Shown here: positions 50,876 to 62,500 of the stretch, piece after piece | Layout: each line of letters opens with the position of its first letter | How positions within the stretch are numbered: position 1 is the stretch's first letter | NCBI RefSeq assembly: GCF_036971445.1 | Contig: NC_091470.1 | Coordinates: forward strand, 196,230,001-196,294,000 | Direction of reading: 5' to 3' | DNA: 64,000 bases | DNA from: Narcine bancroftii | Lineage: Eukaryota | Notes under the pieces: generated by a model | Told to the model about the DNA's origin: nothing | Databases searched by the model: none | What the model saw: only the letters and a program-made list of their open reading frames with translations | Position numbers and translations under genes: made by a program

Positions 50876-51135
50876 CTACGGCACTTTGTCACGGCGCAGT
50901 GTAAGTTTCAGGTCTGATGGATGAGGAACTGCACGCCAGGTTGGGGTTTGAATCTGTGTGTCGTGGTGTTGTGGTTCAGAAGCTGGTTTAACCCTTTGAA
51001 TGTGGGTCCAGCCTTTCTCTCTTGTTCTTACTGCGGTGTCTGTAATTAAAAGTACACAGAAGGGACCATCCCAGGCAGGTTTTAGTTGATCCTCTTGCCA
51101 TGCTTTTACATAAACCCAATCGCCAGGTTTTAATA
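50876..51135 (-). pseudogene. ERV-B integrase C-terminal remnant
   Basis: KPGDWVYVKAW..LKPAWDGPFCVLLITDTAV..GWTHIQRVK. Confidence 0.85.
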
Positions 51136-52499
51136 AAATGAATAACAATCTGACTTTCCTTTGTGTTAGTGTAAAAATTGTAAAATGAAACACAAACCAT
51201 ATTTGCATGGGTTTTGAATATGTTAGACCTTATTAAAATGCAGTTGGAGCTGCTTGTCTGTATGGGGCACAACCCTCCAATTTGTTAGAGTGAGTACATA
51301 ACAGACATTGCAGCAACAAGAGCCCCTGCAAGAGAACTTGAAACATATTCAACCTTTAGTTCTGCCTTAAGTAAAATGCCTTGTGCCACAGCTCACAGGA
51401 GCTGGCCTTATTTAAAACAGTCTGTAAAACAGGCACCAAAAAAAGTTAAAAGATGTTCTTATGAAGATTGCACACACAATAATTTAAGTACAGGCTAGTT
51501 TCTATTATATTCCACTTAAAAGTTCTGCTGCATGAATCCTGGAGCTTGTGGAGTCATTATTGAATCAAGAAATATTGGTGCCATGCCAATCTCATTCTAA
51601 CATGCCAATTTCTCCAGTCCTTAAGTCAAGATGTACTGAATAGCATCTGGTACAAGATCTGTGAGTTCTTAATGATATTATTCTTATGCACCCAATTGTT
51701 CTGAACTATGCCACCAATTTAAATCATATTCCACCTATTGTAGTACTCACACAGCACCATAGACCAGTTCGCAGGTTTATTTCTCCATTAAGCTGAATCC
51801 AGTTGCGCAGGGTTTACCTCCGTGATTATTTACAATGTAACTTCCGCACTACTGGATTTAAATATAAACCTGATGAATGGGGGAAAGTTATCATGAATTA
51901 AATAACAGCGGCAATACAGAGAAATTGTGCTGAGGCATTAATTTCACTCCAGAGGAAAATGCACCAGAGAAATGAATGATTAAACTTATAGGAATCCCCA
52001 GAGGTATCTTTATTCTCCAGAGGTGGGTGATCTTTAAACTCACGGACCTTGACTGCTGAATGTGTAGAAGAAATGTATTTGATAGGGCTCCATACCTCTA
52101 ACTGCAAGACAAGAGCCTGAAGCCTCAATTTCAAGTGCCACAGTGCACTTAAAGGGACATGCACACTCCCCCTTCAACTGGCTGATCCAGCCACTTTACA
52201 CATCAGATCCTTTCTTTATCTCACATACACTTAAAGTTAAGATGTATAGAACTCACCCTATTTGCGCAAACATTTCTCCCTGCAAATGTTATAACATCAC
52301 TCAACTCTCAGGTACTCCCTGTGCAAAATCACTTTTAAATACAATTTATTTCATAAATTGGAATTAACTGGTAGTTAAATTCGCTAATTCTACAGTATTG
52401 AAAAACGATCATTTATGACATTTAATTTTTAGCATGAATTTTAATCAATATTGGTCAGTGACTGAAGTGGGAAGTCATGATTTATGAAATTATCTCTGG

Positions 52500-53678
52500 T
52501 CTCTACTCTCCCACTCCCTGCACTTCTCCCAACATTCAGGAGCTGGCACACAGTCCCTGCCTTTTTTTCCATGTTACTCATCTACTATTCCTTTAACTGC
52601 TTGCATCAAAATGTTAGCCTTTGCTTTCTGCTTATCCTCAGATGTCTGGACAAATGCTTTTTGTGTGATCTGTAGAAGCTGGGTTATTCCCTGCTCATGC
52701 CAATTTTCTGTCTTTTGTAATTTTCTCTTAATGTCTGGGGCTGAGTTGGTAACAAAACCTGTTAGTACCAATTGTTCCCCTGCTGGGGATTCTATGTCGA
52801 GACCCCCATATTGTATATATATATGGTCCCAAAAATTGGTCTAACTGTTCAGCACATCCCTGGGGATCTTCTATCAGGGAGGTCAGTTCTTTCTTAAAGT
52901 TACACACTTCAGTACTGGTCAGGGGCACATTTACGAACCCAAGACCTTCTCCTACGGGAACCTCCCGTAGGGGTCGCATCCAGCTAATTTCTGGTTTCTT
53001 TGATTTGTTTTCCTGTTCCCTGAGGAATACATCTCAAGGTTCTGCCACTTCTTCCTGAGGGATCTCACGCTGTTCGGAGTAACAATGCTCTACCTCTACT
53101 GTTAACGGGGGTGGTAATCGAGCGCTTTGTGAGCGAGTCACCATACCACTCCGGTTCTCCTCTCTCTTCTCTAGTGGTATGGGAGGAGGAGGGGGAGGTG
53201 CAGAAGGGTAGGCAATAGGAGGGGAAGGAAAGATAGGAGCCGGCATAGGAGGAACATAAGGTGGAGGGAGGGAATGTAACACATCCCAACCCTGTGGTTC
53301 AGGGACAAGAGGTTCCTCCTCTCTCTTATTCCTGAATTCTTTCTCATTCAAAACCAGCTGTTCAATGGATCCCTTGAGCCAGCAGGCTGCATATTCCCTG
53401 CTCTCAACATTGTCTGGCTGGTTTTGATAGAGCCATAAGTTCAAAGCTTCACACATCCATTCATCCTCGGATCCGAATTTTGGCCAGTACACGGAGCTCC
53501 CTTTAACCGGGCATCTCACCCATTCATTACAACAATACCTGACCATCGTCAGTTTGTCTTTACCGCGGGTCTTTCCTGTGCCCCACTCAGATAACATCAT
53601 CCCAAGCGGGCTGTACGTAGCTATCTGGTGGTCACGTCCTGTGTCAGGACTCTCATCTCTACTGCCCGCTATTCCCAT
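52500..53678 (-). pseudogene. ERV-B gag (open 214-aa MA/PPPY ORF at 53034-53678, then deleted and frameshifted CA)
   Basis: MGIAGS..WPKFGS..PPPY; MRPLREVP..VPLTSTEV; GFVTNSAPDIKRKLQK; homologous to ERV-A gag. Confidence 0.9.
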
Positions 53679-53882
53679 ACTTAGGAACAAGTAAAATACT
53701 CTTACCGAGTTCTGGCAGTACTGCTCTAGCGCGCGTCCTTCCGCCGTTTGTTCTCAATGCCTCTTCTCGGATATCACTCGCTTCTTCCACTGACCAGCCA
53801 CCCGTCGCCCGTGAGTCCAGCTGAATCAGCCGGGGTGCACCTACTCTCGTCGTCGGGGTACTCTGTCAGTGGAGGGAGTGTG

Positions 53883-53900
53883 ATCCCGGACGAGTCCCCA
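53883..53900 (-). promoter_or_regulatory. Primer-binding site, tRNA-Pro
   Basis: TGGGGACTCGTCCGGGAT, 17/18 match to the MLV-type Pro PBS TGGGGGCTCGTCCGGGAT, 2 nt from the LTR end. Confidence 0.92.
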
Positions 53901-54587
53901 TTTGTTAGAAATTAAAGTACCTTTAAAGAAATTGCTCGAGACAAAAATTGAGAACAAAGAACATTTATTACTACAACAATGCAAAGTTGGGTGCTTCCCC
54001 TTACCCTGGGAATACACACACATACTGGGGCTCACCCAACTTTTATACAGTCAATTTCAGTATCAGAATGCCCTCCCCCTTACATTCTTCTGCCCCCCTG
54101 GATGGGTTTGGCATAGGTAATCCTTCCTGCCTACGTGCAGTTTCAGTACACTTGGAGGACCAGGGGGTATCCTGTGGGTGCCCCATCATGTCATTGTCCT
54201 TATTCACACCTTCCTGATTCTCTGGGCTACAGTCTCTTAATATGCAGAGTTGACTCATTCTATCTAGGGTTGGCTAATTTCATATGTATAAATCTGTGTA
54301 TGGTTAGCTAATTAGAAATGTATGACTTGGTACTTCTGTCCAGGGCTAGGAGACCCTTATCTGATCCAGACTACCTCAACTTCCTACATTCTATTGTACC
54401 TTACCATTCCTTATCTTAGTGCTATGGTCTTGTCACAAAGACTAGAAGATTCTTATGTTAATCGTGCTGACTCTGCTTTCCTGCATCCTAAGCCCCAAGC
54501 TTATCCTGTTTGAACTGGTTACAGCCATTTTACTGATGAACTTTAGTTTCTTCCATGTTCATAATTTTAGATCAATTTTCCCATCTC

Positions 54588-54952
54588 TCACAGATGGGTT
54601 CCGGGGATGTTCTGCCAAGCCTTTATCCTCCGTCCATTGATTATTATCACCCTGCAGAAGTATTTGCTGGAATCTCTCTTCAGGAGCCTGTTTAGCTGGA
54701 TGGTGCCTGTCTTTTCTTGGAGCGGGGATCCCAAGAACTTGATCCGACCTTGGTAGTCACGGTGTGTGAGGTTATTTGAAGAATCGAATATAAATTCCCC
54801 ATGAAAATTATGAACTCTCCAAATGATGGTGATTGTCTGAGGTCTGTAGGTGTTTGGGAAGGTGAAGGAGCAGGGTATGGTGACCAACCCACCCACCTCG
54901 CCCTCCAGGGTTGCAGTCTGCTCCACCAGAAACCGGCCGTCCTTGGCGCCTG
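54588..54952 (-). CDS. PILR-like Ig V-set domain exon, now ending at an LTR-derived TGA
   Basis: NAGNAG acceptor (ccctcAG cAG); VTIPC, W, FHG, H.DY..R, D..KYFCRV, WQNIPGTHL motifs resemble PILR/Siglec-type V domains. Confidence 0.92.
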
Positions 54953-55402
54953 CTGAGGGAAGAGTAAAGGTGAAAATCAGCAGATCTCAACGCGTGTCTG
55001 TCATATAATAACTCCCGACCCCTCCCTGTGGGTGAGGGGCTAATAGCCATCATCTCCCTCTCTCCCTCCGCTCCACTCACAGTCCCACACCCCACCCATC
55101 AGCTCCTCAACGATTCCCAGCATTGAAGGGGGGCATGCGGGGATTTGCCATTCCAAATATAAACCCCCTGAATGCCCCGGGATTAGACCCCCGGCCTCTA
55201 ACTCTGTTGTTTTATCTATAAAATCCTTGAATCCTGGGATTAGGTCTGAGTCTGTAACCCGCTCCCAGGGATCAGTTACTCCATCTATACACCCCCTTGG
55301 ATTAGATCCCAGGAGGATTCCCACTCCCTGAGATCAGCTCAGGCCGTTCCCCACTTCCCGGATGCCTGTTTGAGGTGCCCATTTGAAGAAGTGTTCACTC
55401 AC

Positions 55403-55505
55403 TGGTGGTGAGCGGCAGCAGAACGAGGAGCAGGGCGAGGTGCAGCGGCAGGGTCCATGGCAGGTCGTAGACAGACGCCAGGATGGATCCCATCCCTGCT
55501 GACAT
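55403..55505 (-). CDS. PILR-like receptor, leader (signal peptide) exon
   Basis: MSAGMGSILASVYDLPWTLPLHLALLLVLLPLTT with GTGAGT donor, phase 1, in frame with the V exon. The true start may be the second Met (55493). Confidence 0.85.
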
Positions 55506-55507
55506 GC

Positions 55508-55596
55508 TGAGTCACCGCTTCTGATTTCTTCCTTCGCCTGTGATCATTTCCTTCCTCTTGACCCTGATTGCAGACTTGGGATTGCGTATTATGTAA
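55508..55596 (-). promoter_or_regulatory. Candidate TATA-less proximal promoter of the PILR-like gene
   Basis: AP-1 TGAGTCA (55508-55514), ETS/PU.1-like GAGGAA (55557-55552), C/EBP-like ATTGCGTA (55581-55588). Short motifs only. Confidence 0.3.
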
Positions 55597-56706
55597 ACCA
55601 CTGTAATGTTGGTCGAGCGTGCCTATTGGCCAGCTGTTCCCGTGGCCCAATCCCACAGGCTCATGTATAAAGGTGACTGTTCCACACCCCCCTGCAACTC
55701 AGTGCAGGATAGCCGAGCAGTGGGGGGGGGGGGGGGGATGTGCTATGTTCTCAAGTGAATTAAAACCTATTGGTTTCTCCACAATAGTCTCCTGCATCAG
55801 TTTAATTCACGACGTTTTCGACAGCCTCACCTGAGGCATCTACCAGCTTCGAACTCTGGCCGCGCTGTTTTGAGGCAGACCTCCTCGACTGTTGTGCGAT
55901 CCTAGACCCTGACAAACTGCAAGTGCTGCCCTCCCGGGTCCACATCTGACAAACTCATGATCAGGGGCACCACAACGTGCCAGGAGGCCATGGACATCCC
56001 TGTAAAAATCAACGTTGTCTCTGCCCAGCACCTCCTTGTGACTTGAAAATGGCGACCTGGTGAACCTGACATCTCGGCAGGGCCCGTGAAGGCAAAGCTG
56101 CATCCATCGCGGAGGACCTGATCCAGGGGTTGCGGGGCATCAAGTTGAATTACATCCAACAGAAGCTTTTGGTGTAGGGGGAGCTCAGGCTGCAGAGAGC
56201 AGTTGAGCTGGTAGGTACGCTGAAGGTGGGTTTCCAGAATGTGGAGGCCTATCCAACTGACAATGCGGTTACCCCAGTCACAGGATGCGCCACCATCCAC
56301 CCCCTCTCACTCCGCTCCACCAATGACTGGACTACAACAGCAGGGCTCGGCAAAAGCCTCCTGACCCTCTCGGCCAGCCGCAGTGATGACCCGGCCGCAG
56401 CATTCCGGGAACCCCCAAAGTGTGACCCGGATGAGCATCCAAGGAAAGGCGCCCACCCCCACCTGTCAAAGGATTCGGCCTGCTCCAGCTGCAGGAAGAA
56501 GGGACACTGCCACCAAAGTGTATTTAAAGTTCAAACCCCTTCCCAGCAGCGCCGCATGCGGACCATGGGGGGGGGCCATCTTCCGCAACACTGCCATCAG
56601 CTGGGGGCTGGCAGTGCCACGTGCGATCCAGGAAGGGGGCAGCCATCTTGGATGCCACATTCAGGACCCAGCTGCGGCACGTGCGTGCCATGGAGACCGC
56701 CATCTT
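55592..56706 (+). mobile_element. Second Gypsy element, part 1: LTR (about 55592-55799) and degenerate gag
   Basis: TATAAA 55666-55671, ATTAAA 55759-55764, CA end at 55799; gag-like FELW..CFE, ELRLQRAVEL and knuckle CSSCRKKGH. LTR start uncertain. Confidence 0.65.
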
Positions 56707-58840
56707 TTATTTTGAATATTTTATTTATGATTTTCCAGACTCAAATTTAAACAGTTGTCAACAATATCAGTATCAATGTTAACATGGTCAGCACTGATGA
56801 CAATTTACAATTGTCCATTTTATACAGTTTCTGCAGAGTTTATCTCCCTGCCTCCCCAGCGCCCATATTCAACACTGGATGTTTGACTGATCACAATTAC
56901 ACAGGACAGTGAAGACGTTCACAACAAAGGGATGGAAGATGTCAGAATTTTGTGTGTTTGCCATGGGACGACGGCGATAGCCTGTGATGGATTATGCTAT
57001 ATTTTAGATATATTTTATGGCAGGTTTTTTTAGTGCAGGTCACATACAAACACTTCCAAACACAGATCTCATTTACAATGCCAGAGCTTGGCTCAAGCCA
57101 GACAGTCCCAGTGCCTTTGCAAACACTTTGAAGAACACCTATAAAGACTTCACAAGTCAGTGTTAATTAGGCATGCTGTGGAGTAATAGGTTATTGTTTT
57201 GGAAAGTGACAGATGAACAGACTCAGAGGATTGGGCCTGGGGCCACAGTCTGTCTAAATGCAGTTTGCTGTTTTTAAGAGGGTCATGTGGTTTTCTCTGA
57301 GAGAAAATGAGAGAGAGAGAGAACTCAGTTCTACAGTTCAGCAGAAGCAGCGGAGACTGGAAGAGGACAAGCTGGTAAGCTTGTGGAAAACCCCCATTTG
57401 GAAGATGAGTCAGGAGTGCTCAGTTCAACCTGGTCAAAGCCCTGCAAGAGGAGAGGACTGGCTGTCTAATGTTTCACTTGAAATAAGGGAAAAGAAAAAT
57501 GAACTCTGTGGTGACCTGAAAGAAAGAGGTTATCATCTGGAAAACCCTGATGGGGCAAGTTTCTTCGGCAAGACTCAAAAGTGGGATCCGTTTGTGTCCA
57601 ACGAGCAACAAATCTCTGCCTGAAAACCGACAACAACCTTCCTGAGCTGTAACCATTTACCATTCAAGCGCCAAAGCTTGTTGAACTTCATGAATATTAA
57701 ATTCTGTGCACAGTATGAGAATTGCCTGCAACCAGTGAACTTGGAGGAATGAGAAATGAGATTGAACTGTGAACCAAAGAACTTTTTTGAATTTACACAC
57801 ACATTACATACACGTGCACTTAGAATTAGAAGGGGGTTAAGTTAGGTTAGTTAATAGTGATGTTAAAGTGTGATTCTGTTTTGATGTTTGAAGATAATTA
57901 AAAGCAACTTTTGTTTAAGTAACTGTTGCTGCTGGGTTTTGGGGTCCTCATAACAAGCACAGGCTGCTTCATTTTCTTGACTTTACCTGGTTGGGATGAA
58001 TTGGGCCCCCCATGCTCCCCCCCAAAACGGTTGAGGAGTAGGCGGGGCATGATGGTCTACCTATAGTCGCGCTCCCGCAAAATTTAAATGTGGTCGCCAA
58101 AATCTCTTTGAAAGTGTCGTATTTTTTTTCCTCAAGTTGTAACTGATTCTCTCTGATGGGGGGGGGGGGGGGGGGGGGACCAGGCTTGCGTTTCTGTGTT
58201 CTAGTGCATGACATTCAGACAGGAATCCGATTTCCAGGGAACTGCTAGGCACTTCCTGGCCGCTGCCAATACGATCATTACAAATTGGATTTGGAATTTG
58301 GACGGCTTCATTGTAAGCCATAAGTCCATTATATTCCCCAACAGGAACAACTCAGGGTCCTGTGGAAATTCTTTACTCTGATTTTCCCTAGGGCTTGGCC
58401 TAGCTCCACCCAAATAGGCCTCACCTTGGTACATGTCCAGGTCACCTGCACAAAGGTTCCTGTATCAGCGCTGCATCTAAAACATTGATCTGATAATTCT
58501 GATTGAGATCTGCTCAATATTTGTGGCATCAGGTTCACCTGGTGCAGAAAGTTATACTGCACCAGCCTGAACTGTGCACTGATGGTTGTAGTCATGCTGG
58601 TCTGACATAGGTCCGCTCATCAATTGCTATTGGTAAGTCCAAGTCCATCCTCTGTCTCAATTTGTGAAGACCTGGTTTGGGTGCTTGGAGCAGGAAATGC
58701 ATTGCTAAGATGAACTTCCATGTGTTTCCAATAACGGTCTCTATGTCGCTGCACTCTGACTGGGCCGTAATTGGACCAAATTTGTCCTGTAAGAAAAATA
58801 TGAGCAGCGGAATGTCTTGTTTGATAAACCATACTTGTCT
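56707..58840 (-). mobile_element. Degenerate 5'-truncated L1 inside the Gypsy, itself split by an LTR-like element
   Basis: T-rich tail at about 56705; LVQYNFLH..CFRC..GTFVQVTWTC (L1 C-terminal domain). Confidence 0.75.
56983..57955 (+). mobile_element. Solo LTR-like element (family A)
   Basis: TGTGA...TAACA termini; homologous to 24431-25266; flanks AGCC/AGCA (imperfect TSD). Confidence 0.75.
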
Positions 58841-58844
58841 GAGT

Positions 58845-59555
58845 TGTTAGAATGGCACAAGTTGCCCCTGCTTGTAACAGTCCTCTATGTACTCATCCAC
58901 CCAGAGGACCGCCAGCACATGGCGTTCAAGGCGGATAGCCACCTCTTCTACTTCCTGTGGGTCCCTTTTGGTATCACGCACAGCGTCCCGGTCTTCCAGT
59001 GGGAGAAGGCCGGTATGGTGCATCAGTATGAGTTGCGGGCCACGTTCCCGTATCTCGGCAATGTCACCATCTGCGGCCACGACCTGCAGGACCATGATCC
59101 CAATCTCCAGAGATTTGTCGAGGCAGCCAAGATCCTGAAGCTGACTTACAACAAGGCCAAGTCCGGGTTCTGCCTGGTTGTGACGTGGAGAATGGCATAA
59201 TTGGCCAGGACCCAGACCACATGGGATCTGGAACTTCTCCTCCCACACAGCCTCAAGGCCCTGAAGAGGTGCCTTGGGATTTTCTCCTATTATGCTCAGT
59301 GGGACCCTGACTATGCAGACAAAGCCCAGCCCCCTTATCAAAGCTACATCCTTCCCCAGGTGGAGGAGGCTTGCGCAGCCCCTGACCGCAGAGTCCGAAA
59401 TTGCCAAGGCCACGATGCACGCGGTGGACGTATCCACCCCTTTTCAGGTGGAAAGCGAAGCGTCAGACTTTGCCCTGGCAGCCACCGTCAACCAGGCCAG
59501 CCAGTTGCATTCTTTACACGTACTCCTCAGGGCCCCGAGATTCGACACTCCTTTA
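58845..59555 (+). mobile_element. Second Gypsy element, part 2: degenerate RT/RNase H
   Basis: VPFGITHSVPVFQ, FPYLGNVTICG (decayed YLDN), LKRCLGIFSYYAQW, PFQVESEASDFALAAT, PVAFFTRT. Confidence 0.85.
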
Positions 59556-62500
59556 CACCTCACGGGTCCCCAACTATCTTTAACATTCCTGGGACCCCAT
59601 ATCCCTTTACACCTCCCAGAACCCCTTCTCCCTTTACACGCCCGGGACCCCATTTCCTTTTTCACTCCAGGGACCCCATCTCCTTTTACACCTACCCTAC
59701 CCCCAGGACCCTGTATCCCTTTACACCTCCTGGGATACCGTCTCCCTTTACACCTCCCGCGATCCCATCTTCCTTAACAGTTCCCAGGACCCCATATCCC
59801 ATTACAATCCCTGGGACTCCGTCTCCCATTACACCCCGGGAACCACCATCTTCCTTTATAACCCCCAGGATCCCATCTCCCTTTACACCTACCTTACCCC
59901 CAGGACCCTGTATCCCTTTACACCTCCTGGGATACCGTCTCCCTTTACACCTCCTGTGATCCCATCTCCCTTAACAGTTCCCAGGACCCCATATCCCGTT
60001 ACAACCCCTGGGACTCCGTCTCCCATTACACCCCGGGAACCCCCATCTTCCTTTATAACCCCCAGGATCCTATATCCCTTTACACCCCCTGGGATCCTGT
60101 CTCCCTTTACACCCCCGAGACCCGTCTCACTTTACACACACTGGGGCATCATCTCCCTTTGCACTCCCCAGGAAACCGTCTCCCTTTACACCACCTGAGA
60201 CACCATCTCCCCTTACACTCCCGGGACCCCGTCTCCCTTTACACCGCCCAGGACCCCGTCTCGCCTTATACTCCCGGGACCCCATCTCCATTTACAATCC
60301 TGCAACCCCGTCTCACTGTACAATCTACAGGACCCCGTCTCCACTTGCACTCCCGGGACTCAATCTCCATTTACACCCCGAGACCCCATCACCGTTTACA
60401 TTCCCAAGACCCTTTACACTCCCGAGACCCCATCTCCCTTTAGACTCTCGAGACCTTGTCTCCCTTTACACTCCTGGTGTCCCATCTCCTTTTACAACCC
60501 CCCCCCCCCCCGAAACCTCGTCTCCCTTTATAACACCTGGGATCCCGTCTCCTTTTACACACCTGGGACCCCATCTCCCTTTACACTACTGGAACCCCTC
60601 TCACTTTACACTCCCGGGACCCCGTCTCGCTTTTCATCCACCTGGACACCATCTACATTTATGCTCCCCAACATCCAGTCTCCCTTTATACTCCCCAGGA
60701 CCCCATCTCCCTTTTAAAAAAACCCAGGACCCTGTGTCTTTTTACACTCCCAGAATCCCATCTCCCTTTACACTGCCTGCCAGGACCCCATCTCCCTTTA
60801 CACTCCCAGGACCCCATCTCCCTTTATCCTCCTCAGGACCTGGTCACCCTTTACACACCCGGGATCCTATCACCTTTTACACTCCTGGAACCCCGACTCT
60901 CTTTACACTTCCCGGACCCCATCTCCCTTTACACCACCCGGGATACTATCTCTCTTTACACCCACCCCGAGACCTCGTCTCCCTTCACACCACCCGGGAC
61001 CCCGTCTCCTTTTACACACCCGGAGTCCATCTCCCTTTACACTGCCGGAACCCCATCTCCCTTTACACTCCTGGGAGCCCGTCACCCTTTACACCACCCG
61101 GAACCCGTCTCCCTTTACACTCCTGGCACCCCATCTCCATTTACACTCCCCGGGACCCCATCTAAATTTAAACTCCCGGGACGCCATTTCCCTTTACACT
61201 ACGGGAATCCCGTCTCCCTTTACACCACCCGGGACACCGTTTTCCTTCACACTCCTGGCACCCCGTGTCCATTTACACTCCCGGACCCCGTTTCCCTATA
61301 CACCACCTGGGACTCCATCTCTCTTTTCAGTACCTTGACCCTGTCTCTCTTCACATTCCCGAGACCCCGTCTCCCTTTATACTCCCCAGGAGCCCGTCTT
61401 TCTTTCAAAAAACCCAGGACCCTGTCTTCCTTTACACTATCGGGATCCCTTTACACCACTCAGGACTCCATCTCCCTTAACACCACCCAGGTTCGTCTAC
61501 CTTTACACTCCCAGGATCCTGTCTCCCTTTACCCCCCCCCTCCCCCCCCCCCGAGACTTTACACTATGGGAACCCTTCTCCCTTTACATTCCCGGGACCC
61601 CGACTGCATTAACAGCACCCGGGACCCCGTTTCCCTTTACACTCCTGGCACACTTTACACTCCCGGGATCCCATCTCCATGTACGCTTCCCAGCATCCCG
61701 TCTCCCTTTACACTCCCGAGACCCCGTCTTCCTTTACACCCCGTGGGACCCCATCTCCCTTTATGCCACCCGGGACCCCATCTGTTTTTACACTCCTGGG
61801 ACCCCTTCTCCCTTTATACTCCCTAGGACCCCATCTCCCTTTCAAAAAACCCAGGACCCCGTGTCCTTTTTTCACTCCTGGGACCCCATCTCCCTTTTCA
61901 CTCTCGGGACTCCGTCTCCCTTTACACTCCCAGGACCCCCATCTCCCTTTACAATCCCGCGACCCCATCTCCCTTTATCCTCCCCAGGACCTGGTCTCCC
62001 TTTACACGCCCAAGACCCCATCACCTTTTACATTCCCGGGACTCTATCTCTCTTTACACTCACTCCCCGGACCCCATCTCCCTTTACACTCCCGGGATCC
62101 TGTCTCTCGTTACACACCCCCCGAGAACTCGTCTCCCTTTACACCACCCGGAGCCCGTTTCCCTTTACACTGCCGGAACCCCATCTCCCTTTACAATCCC
62201 GCGACCCCATCTCCCTTTATCCTCCCCAGGACCTGGTCTCCCTTTACACGCCCAAGACCCCATCACCTTTTACATTCCCGGGACTCTATCTCTCTTTACA
62301 CTCACTCCCCGGACCCCATCTCCCTTTACACTCCCGGGATCCTGTCTCTCGTTACACTCCCCCCGAGAACTCGTCTCCCTTTACACCACCCGGAGCCCGT
62401 TTCCCTTTACACTGCCGGAACCCCATCTCCCTTTACACTCCTGGGAGCCCGATACACTTTACTTTACGGAACCCGTCTCCCTTTACACTCCCCGGGACCC

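Larger units (their letters stand above)
48853..54592 (-). mobile_element. Class I endogenous retrovirus ERV-B, non-autonomous, recent insertion
   Basis: 690-bp LTRs (48853-49542 and 53903-54592) with no difference seen; 4-bp TSD GATG (48849-48852, 54593-54596); tRNA-Pro PBS; PPT; gag, IN-tail and env remnants; no RT. Confidence 0.96.
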
